DNA of 64,000 nucleotides from Eledone cirrhosa (Eukaryota): NCBI GenBank assembly GCA_964016885.1, contig OZ024742.1, positions 337,032,001 to 337,096,000 of the forward strand, read 5' to 3'. Shown piece by piece: positions 55,132 to 64,000 of this stretch (position 1 is its first letter; each line of letters starts with the position of its first letter). The notes under the pieces were generated by a model. It saw only the letters and a program-made list of their open reading frames with translations, ran no database searches and was not told where the DNA came from. The position numbers and the translations under genes were made by a program.

Positions 55132-57572
55132 GGGAAGCAAGGCGTTCAGAGTATGGTAGATGGCAGGTATTCGCTTGGTTGCACATCTCTGAACAGTTTC
55201 CAGGCGGTCAATGTTCTGAGCAAGATAGGGGTTCCAGACTAGTGATGCAAATTCTAAGTGTGGCCGCACCATAGCTATATGCAGCCTTAAATAGATAGAG
55301 AGCGGCTGACAAATGTCTTGCTGAGTGCTGCTAAGACAGCCACGGCCTTCTTGACAATTTTAGAGATGTGCTTTGTCCAATGCAAATCGCTGCTGACAGT
55401 AATGCCCAAGTCACGTTCACAAGAAGACTTCTTGATATTAGTGTTGTGGAGGGAGTATGTGGACGCTGGGATTTTACTCCCAAAATGCATGGTGGTGCAC
55501 TTGTCCACAGCCAGCTTGAGTTGCCAGTCTGTGATCCATTGTTGCATTGTGTCCAGGTTAGATTGCAGGCAAGATCTATAGTGTTCAGGATCTGTCCTTT
55601 TTATCTCAAGGTACAGCTTGATGTCATCTGCGTATTTCAGTACTGTGGCATTATTTAAGTTGGCATCTATGTCATTAATATATGACACAAACAAAAGGGG
55701 CCAAGAACAGATCCCTGAGGTACACCAGATGACATCTCATATGGTGAGGAATGCTGTCCTAGAACCGTGACTACCTCTCTTCGACTGAGAATGATGGACT
55801 TCAACCAGTTAAAAAGATCATCCTTCACACCGATTGCAGAGAGTTTTCCATAAGTCTTTTGTGTGGCACAGAATTGAAAGCTTTAGCAAAGTCAAGGTAA
55901 ACAACATCCACCCATGAGCCGCCATCAGTGATCCGGGTGATGTCTTCAAGAAACTCGATAAGTTGATCACACCAGCTGGAGTTATGGATAAATCCAAATT
56001 GCGAGGGCCGGATAAGACTGTGAGAGTTTCAGAAGTTCCAAAGCGTTTCTCTGACACAGGGTGCCATCAGTTTGGCAATGCAGCTAGTAAGGATGACTGG
56101 GCGATAATTCACAGGTGATGTGCGGTCACCCTTTTTGAACAGAGGAATGACTGACAGTTTTCTACTGTTCTGGGGGCGCACCATTGTTCAGACAGAATTG
56201 GAAGAAGCGTGATAACTGGTGCAGAAGGAAGTACCTACCACGTTTGAGAAGCAGGTACGTAACATCATCAAGACACGGAGAGGCATGGTTGCGTTTATTT
56301 TTAAGGTGACGTCGCAGCATTGAAGGTGTAAATTCCATAGTTGTAATAGAATCCGATGTCAGAGGTGGTGGAGACGGTACACTCTGGTCTTCAATAGTGA
56401 AAATGCCTGCATAGCATTCAGCAATGAGCTCTACGCATTCCTTGGGGTCGTCAATAACCTGACTTGTGTGGGGATTGCGAAGAGGACCAACTGGAGAGTG
56501 AGGCCTCTGCTTTGAGTGAACATACTTCCAGAACACCTTACTGTCGGGGATGGTTGCTATGCGCTGCTCACATTGAATCATTGCCTTTTTTTTGTCACCT
56601 GTTTGAGATGGTTGGATGATTTATTTCGCTTCTTCCTATTGATATCTGATTTATGCAGTTTGTACTCACGTTCAGCATTACGACGTTCTTTTCTGGCAAG
56701 ACGGACTGCTGAAGTCTCCCAAATTGCACGTTTGGGATGTTTTTCTGCTTACGTGGCACCGATGCTGCATATGCTGTCCATATTGAGCTTAGGTTGTTAT
56801 GGAGTACAGTGTTGACATCTCCAGAGTCGTAGAACTCAAGCCAGTTTGGACGTTGCAACTCGGTGCAGTTACAGTTCCAGTTTGCTTTATTACAGTCAAA
56901 GTGAGCAGTTTGGAGATGGTTGTGGTTCTTGTTACTGCCCACGAGGGATAGATTGGCAATGACCATAGCATGATCTGAGTCAGCTAAAGGTTCCTCAGTA
57001 GTAACACTAATGACCGTTTCAGGAGTAGTGGTGAAGAGTATGTCCAACGTGTTGTCATCTCTTGTTGGGGAGGTGACTACTTGGGACCAGTTCGAGTCCA
57101 GCACTAGCTCAAGGGAGTCATTTGCACTTGGCTGCCAACGAAAGGTTTCCCAGTCAATCTCAGGGTGATTGAAGTCCCCTGCAATAAAAACATAAGTGGC
57201 TATTTTCCTGGTAGCAACTCTGAGGATATCACAAAGCTAAGTGTCCTGATGGTAATTTGGGGGACGGTAAACGATTCCAAGTAGTAGTGTTGACATGGTC
57301 ATACGTATATCGCAGAAAAAAACTTCCTGCTGCGATTGGTTCAAATCAACACAAGGAATTGAGAAAAGATTTGACAGAACGTAGACCATTACACCACCAC
57401 GACGACGATTAATGCGGTCTTTACGAAACAAGTTGTAGCCAGTTATGCTGAAAACCCCATCACAGATTAAGGAATGTGCCCATGTTTCTGTGCCTGTAAT
57501 GAAGTCAGGGTTGATACTTTTGACGTAGGAGTCAAAAAGATGAATCTTATTGCATAGACTACGTGCATTCAT
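55132..57572 (-). pseudogene. CR1/L2-type LINE ORF2, unit 2 copy, 3'-truncated at the array junction
   Basis: Homologous to 46521-48862. Confidence 0.9.
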
Positions 57573-57579
57573 GCATGGA

Positions 57580-60260
57580 GATGCAGAAACTGTCTCTTCC
57601 CCTCGTCTGTCCAGCCACGGCCGTCTGGCACTCCACCAGATGAGACAGCGAGCTTGCCTGATGCCCAAGCCTCGCTGGTCAACATCGCTCGGCTCAGGAG
57701 GCTGCGGAAGATTCCGCTCAGGATCCCGAGAGCGGCCTGGGTGCCGGTAGCCGATGCCCTCGCTTCCTCGATCGAAAGTGCTCTGGACTCCAATCGAGCC
57801 TGCTACTGGGAGCTCCTCTTCTATTTCGCCCCACTCGCCCTTGGCCTCCCCAGCTATGGCGCTGACCAAGGCGACCGGTCGACAGCAGCCTTTGCCAAGG
57901 CCAATGTTTCGTCCTTTGGGCAAGCGCCCATTCCAAGAGTGCCGAAGGACGCCATTATCCCTGCTCCAGGGTGCCTCCACCCCTGAGGCTAGCGCCAAGC
58001 GTTTAAGTGACCGCGTAAAAGCTAAACTTATCATGAGTGATGTCAAGGCCGCAGTCAGAATGGTTGCCTCAGAGGACACTGTCCTCCAACCCACCGAGGA
58101 GGTCCTTGCTGCCCTGCGACTCAAGCACCCTGAGCCACCTGCTGACATCCAACCCCTACCCCTACCCTATCCCCACATGCACCTTGTGGCTTCCGGAGCA
58201 GATATCATGTCTGCCATCAAGTCCTTCCCAGCTAGCAGCAGCGGCGTTGCTGATGGTCTCCGTCCAGACCACCTCAAAGAGTTGCTATCCTCCTTCTCCG
58301 CTGAGGCCGGGTGCCGCCTTCTGAGTGCTAGTGTGGCACTTACCAATAGGCTTATCCATGGCGCCCTGGATCCTTACGCCCGAGGTCTCTTTTTTTCGGC
58401 TATCCTGACCGCTCTCAAGAAGAAAGAGTTCAGTCCGGTGCAACTGGGTGTCGGCGTGTCCGGTGGCTGTGAGGGGGCCGCACATGTAACCAGGCAGTTC
58501 TTCAATAGCTGCCCACCGGAACCGACATCCAGGGACTCCGGGCACCTCATTGTCAAGCTTGACACGAGGAATGCCTTTAACTGCATACGCCGGGACCATC
58601 TGCTTAATGCCTGCCTCAGCCGAGCCCCTGCTGCCTTCCCGCTGGCCTACTTGTCATATGGTGCCCCGAGCATACTCCTTGCTGCTGATACGGTCATACC
58701 TTCGGCCAGTGGGGTCAAACAGGATGACCCTCTGGGTCTCCTCCTGTTTGCTCCATTGCCCGTAGCATCACGGCTCCTCTCAACGTTTGGTACCTGGATG
58801 ATGCTACGCTGGGCGGGCACATGGAAATTGTTTGCCATGACCTTCAATCGGTGGTTTCCGCCCTGGCGGGAATCGGACTCCAGATCAACTCGTCTAAGTC
58901 GGAGGTGGTCAATGTCAGCTGTGATGCTGAGAGCTTTGCGGCCTCCGTCTTGGACGTGCGGTCCATCCTCCACCAGGTACAGGTGACCCCCAAAGAGGAT
59001 GTCCTCATCATCGGGTCACCGATCCACTCGCCGGCCATCCGCTCCACCATCAGGGCTAGGCGCCAACAACTCCCCGATCCTCACGAGCCGACTGGGCTTG
59101 ATCGACGGCTACCCAGCTCTCTTCCTGATGAGGAACTGCTTCGCCATGCTGAAGCTCCTCTACACCCATCGCAGCGCTCTGTGGTACAGCCACGCATCTC
59201 TCCTCGCTGACCTCGATACTTTGTATCCGAGCGGCTGCTGAAGAGATATGCAGCGTCAGGTTTGACGACTTTGGATGGCAACAGGCCACTTTACTTGTCA
59301 GATTTAGCGGCCTTGGCTTCCGGTCCCCGATCTCGCTGGCTTTGTCGGCGTTTCTTTCATCGGTAACCTCATGCCGCGTCTCGTGAGCAGGGTTCTCCAA
59401 AACACAATAGAACCCTCTGTGTTCAGGGAACGTGAGGTCGCCTGTGAGACGTGGCACAGGCTGGGGGGACTTAGCCCGGGAGACGTCCCTCCTCCTTCTC
59501 CCCCTGCTGACGTCAAGTACCCCCAAAGCGTATGGGATGTCATCTAGTGCAGCCTGGCCTCAGACACGCTCATGCGCCAGCTCTACCAGCAACTACCTTG
59601 CCTGTTTTCGCGCGGCCTCCAAACCCCACAGTGGTACCTGGCTCCATGCCTTGCCCTCCTTCTCCACTGGCACGCAGCTGGATACGATAGTCTGCGCATC
59701 GGCGTTTCCTTGAGGCTTGGACTCAAATGTCACTGTGGATTCACCGTGGACTCTTTCCGACTCCACCCGCTTTCCTGTCGCCACAGTGCCGGCCGCCTTC
59801 CACGCCATGCTACCCTCAACGAGGTCATTAAGCATAGCTTGGACGCTGCAGGCTTCCCCCACCCAGCTCGAGCCGGTGGGGCTGGACTGAGGGGATGGCA
59901 AAAGGCCAGACGGTATGACCATCTTCCCGTTCCGCGGTGGAAAACCCCTCGTTTGGGATGCCACTTGCAACGACACTTTCTCCAGCCGCAACTTGGTGCA
60001 GTCTGCGACTAACCCAGGTACTGCTGCAAGTCGTGCTGAAGAAGGCAAACTCTCCAAGTACCGACAGGTTCGCGGTCGTGCCCTTGGCAGTGGAGACTTC
60101 TGGTGTCCTTGGCCCTACAGTTACCTCCCTATTCACCACCAAATAGCGCGGAGCTATCCAGCCGCAGGTGTGAGCCTCGCGAGTTGGAATGGCTCTTCCA
60201 GCGCATCTCCCTTACCATCCTCCGAGGAAACCGCCTTCTCCATCCTGTCTGCCGGGGCTG
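57580..60260 (+). pseudogene. CRE-clade element, unit 2 copy
   Basis: Homologous to 48870-51550. Confidence 0.8.
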
Positions 60261-60592
60261 TGGGGAGGCCAGCACCTGGGACCCCATTTGCTTACCATAC
60301 GGATTAATAGGCAAAGTCCATATTATTATAAAACGAATCGTTATTTATGAAACCATTATTATTTCCTTATTTGTTGTTGAGATAAAGACTTTCTAGGAAA
60401 CCAAATAGAAAAGTGAAAGTTTTCCTTGAAACATGGGAGATAACTCAGAGATAACATCATTATTTCTCATTTTAAAACGGAGAATTAATAGCGTACAGAA
60501 TAATATATCAACAAAGTATAATTGTCAGAAGTAATTACACTCTGTTTATCACTTAGACAAAAAAAAAAACACAATAATAAAACGTACTTTAT

Positions 60593-60641
<49 letters not shown>

Positions 60642-60775
60642 GAGTCATCTACCGTGTTTCACGGAAAAAAAGCTATTTACTTTCATATTGGTTTCTTCTT
60701 CAGTCTGTACAGACTTTGCCACACCTACTGTACTAAATCTCGCACCATAATTATTTCTCATTTAATACTTACACC

Positions 60776-61294
60776 ATGCACATCATCGAACTGTCTCCGA
60801 CTAATATCCGCTTTAGTCAAGATTCTATCGCAAAATGTTTCAAAGATGGGAGAAAGCTGCAAAATGTTATTTTGGATATAATTAATGGGAAAATCACACC
60901 CGACTCCATTCCCAAGATCGAAGTTTTCTCAAGATATGGAAAATACTACAGTTTAGACAATAGGAGACTTTATGTATTCAAAGCGGTTCAACAACGGTCT
61001 AAGCCGGACATGAAGATTAAGGTGAAATTAACTACAAAATCTAACGAAAGAAAATTTACGACAAAAAATGATGGTGAAAGTATATATGTAAGAGGTCAAA
61101 CACAAGAAGAGCCTAGGCTCGAAGCCTTCAAAGGAAGAATATATACGGACTCACCGCAAATGGTGACTCAATCGGCCTCAATATTTGACGAATCAGATTT
61201 TACATTAATAACTTTCCCTGTGTCTGATATAAATCCGATAGAATTTATAGAATCGCCTTTAATAACACCGGCGGTATTTATAGACTTGCCTTAA
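60776..61294 (+). CDS. 172-aa ParB/sulfiredoxin-like domain protein, copy 2
   Basis: Identical to copy 1 except A131T. Confidence 0.75.
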   Translation: MHIIELSPTNIRFSQDSIAKCFKDGRKLQNVILDIINGKITPDSIPKIEVFSRYGKYYSLDNRRLYVFKAVQQRSKPDMKIKVKLTTKSNERKFTTKNDGESIYVRGQTQEEPRLEAFKGRIYTDSPQMVTQSASIFDESDFTLITFPVSDINPIEFIESPLITPAVFIDLP

Positions 61295-61737
61295 ACAAAC
61301 CAGAAGGAAATTTTGGTCGAAAAATTTGCTTCAACTGAGGATTTTTTTACAGGTATATCTATCAATGATTGTATTAAGTTTTAAATATATAGGTAAATAA
61401 CATTACAAATTGCCCACAATTCTTTCAGAATTGTTACTGTATTTATTCAAACATTCGTCCCATAATCTTATTTCCTGTTTCTATAATCTTATTTGGTGTT
61501 TTTTTTTAAAAACCCAAAGATTTCGATTTTATTCAATGTTTTAGAACTCCTTCATTTAGACACGCAAACACACACACACACACACACACATGCACGCAAC
61601 AGTAATAGGAATATATAGGAATTAAAACCTGAATATTTACTAATATAGATACATATGTTTATACGTACATCTATACATACATACATGCACACGCACACGC
61701 ACACTACATACACATACATTCATACATTTATAGATAG

Positions 61738-61773
<36 letters not shown>

Positions 61774-62211
61774 GCATACGTTAAGACGGGCGTTGCGGAA
61801 AGTGAAAGTAAAATTTTTGACAACAATGTGAATTTTTTTTTTTTTTACAATGAAAGTTACGATACACACGCAATTGTATGGATTTCTTAATATATATATA
61901 TGTGTAGGTGTGTACACTGTGAATTTGTTTGTTTATTTACAACAGGTCTCTATATTGATATGGTGTTAATTAGTATTGCGTGTGTGATTATTTTTTCTTT
62001 AGATAGACGTTAAACGATGATGATGACACAAACACATATATATATACATACATACACACATATATATACACACCCACACATATATATATATTAAGAAATC
62101 CATACAATTGCGTGTGTATCGTAACTTTCATTGTAAAAAAACAAACAAACAAATTCACATTGTTGTCAAAAAATTTACTTTCACTTTCCGCAACGCCCGT
62201 CTTAACGTATG

Positions 62212-62266
<55 letters not shown>

Positions 62267-64000
62267 GTACATACATATATGCATGTACATACATTCTGGA
62301 GAAAAATAGGATGTGAGGAAAAGAAGGCGGTGGCTGTGGCGGCAGTGTAATTAGAAGCTCAAATGAAGTATTGTTCTCGAGTTACACCAAAAACATGCAA
62401 CCTCAATATGGATACACTGGAGACTGACAGAAAATCTTAGGGTAAGAAAGCACCAGGAAGAGACTTGGTTGTTGGTTACAAGCCCTTAACGGAGATATAG
62501 ATACACCAAGCTTGTTGGAGTTTGCAGATACAAAATTGGTCCTAACCACATCTCCCCCAAAACTCACTTGGCAAAAGACTACTAACTGATTGCATGCCAG
62601 AATTGTATCTATAAAATGTATACAGCCTGTCTGAACCGATTCCTCCTGGAATACTGTGACAATAACAATATCATCACAGATGAACAAGCAGTTGGAAAGA
62701 AAGGGATTTGGGGATGTGTTGAGTAGCTCCTGATTAACAAAACTGTGATGTTAGAAGTGTGGCGACATACGAGAAACTTGCTAACCGTCTTGCTGGATTA
62801 CACACATGAATACATACGTAATACATACACACACATACATAAATATATACATATAGCGAAAGAAATGTTTTTTGCACGGTGTTTTCTTTTCCATTGCGGA
62901 CACGGCTACCTTTTACCTCGCAGGGAAAGCAATAGATAAGATTGCCCGATGGAAGGATTCACGGCGCCAGGTGTATGAAGAACATTTTCTACAGCCATCT
63001 GTTATTTATCAGTAAAATAACTAGCAGTCACTATAAATAGGCTGTCGTGTGACCTTAACATCATTCACTCCACTGCCTTTTCGCCTGTACAATACAGCCT
63101 GTATATATAACGGTTTACTGCTACATTCACTTAGGGTCACTCTGGCCACCACAACTTGTCACTTTTCTTTTAAGGTAAAAAAACCCATGATAAATAAAAG
63201 ATTCATGCACAACACTGAAGCTTTACCGAACACTATATTTATTTGTGAACACTATAATCAAACATATTTACGATTCGAAGTAATCATATTTTTTTTCTTT
63301 TTGTTGAATTGAAGTAAAGATAATATATTAAACCAGAATTATTGGTATTTGTTGTGTTCGTAATTTCTCCTCTACCCCACCTCCTCCTCTCCATGTAAAA
63401 TTTGTCCAGTGATTCTTTCCTGAGACATTTTAACCACATGCCCATAATATTGGAGCTGTGATCTCTCAATTCGGAGAAGTAGCAACTCTACCTGGAGTGA
63501 CTCTCTGATCTCCGAGTAACGTTACTCCAAAGACTCTTTGGAAGAATCCCATTTCAGCTGCTTGTATTCGCGATCGTATTCTTTCGGTCATTACCCAAGA
63601 TTCATGACCATAGGTAAATGTTGGCACTAATACAATATTGAAGATAGCGAGTTTGGCTATCTCCCTTCTGATTACTGAATGCTGGCACATTACTGCACTA
63701 ACTCCTGCAATTCTGGCACGTAATTCAGCCTCCTGCCTTCCATCACTTGTGAATGTGGCCCCGAGATACTTTAACTTCTCTACCTGGGAAGCAAGGCGTT
63801 CAGAGTATGGTAGATGGCAGGTATTCGCTTGGTTGCACATCTCTGAACAGTTTCCAGGCGGTCAATGTTCTGAGCAAGATAGGGGTTCCAGACTAGTGAT
63901 GCAAATTCTAAGTGTGGCCGCACCATAGCTATATGCAGCCTTAAATAGATAGAGAGCGGCTGACAAATGTCTTGCTGAGTGCTGCTAAGACAGCCACGGC

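Larger units (their letters stand above)
46521..64000. repeat. Tandem array of an ~8.65-kb unit: 46521-55131, 55132-63785, 63786-end
   Basis: GGGAAGCAAGGCGTTCAGAGTAT recurs at 46521, 55132 and 63786; all internal ORFs recur at ~8.65-8.71 kb offset. Confidence 0.95.

Overview
AT-rich, repeat-dominated eukaryotic DNA. The repeat repertoire (RTE LINEs with (GAT)n tails, tRNA-derived SINEs, kilobase-long interrupted (TA)n) suggests a cephalopod, probably an octopus; this is inference only. Bases 1-12.8 kb are giant (TA)n-type microsatellites carrying an inverted pair of RTE LINE 3' ends and three co-oriented ~600-bp bipartite RTE derivatives. Bases 13-46 kb are a transposon graveyard: RTE, mariner, hAT, Helitron, CRE, SINEs, a ~2-kb non-autonomous LTR element with a tRNA-Trp primer binding site, and many Penelope-type remnants, several with recognisable minimal hammerhead ribozyme folds. 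A possible promoter and micro-exon lie near 15.1-15.6 kb. From 46.5 kb to the end is a tandem array of an ~8.65-kb unit (2 full copies plus the start of a third). The unit is made of dead LINEs around one intact 172-aa ORF with ParB/sulfiredoxin-fold motifs like those of polymorphic-toxin ParB-like domains, plus an acidic tail. This amplified gene is the best candidate for an undescribed system. All long I/Y/H/T/C/V-rich ORFs are microsatellite artefacts.
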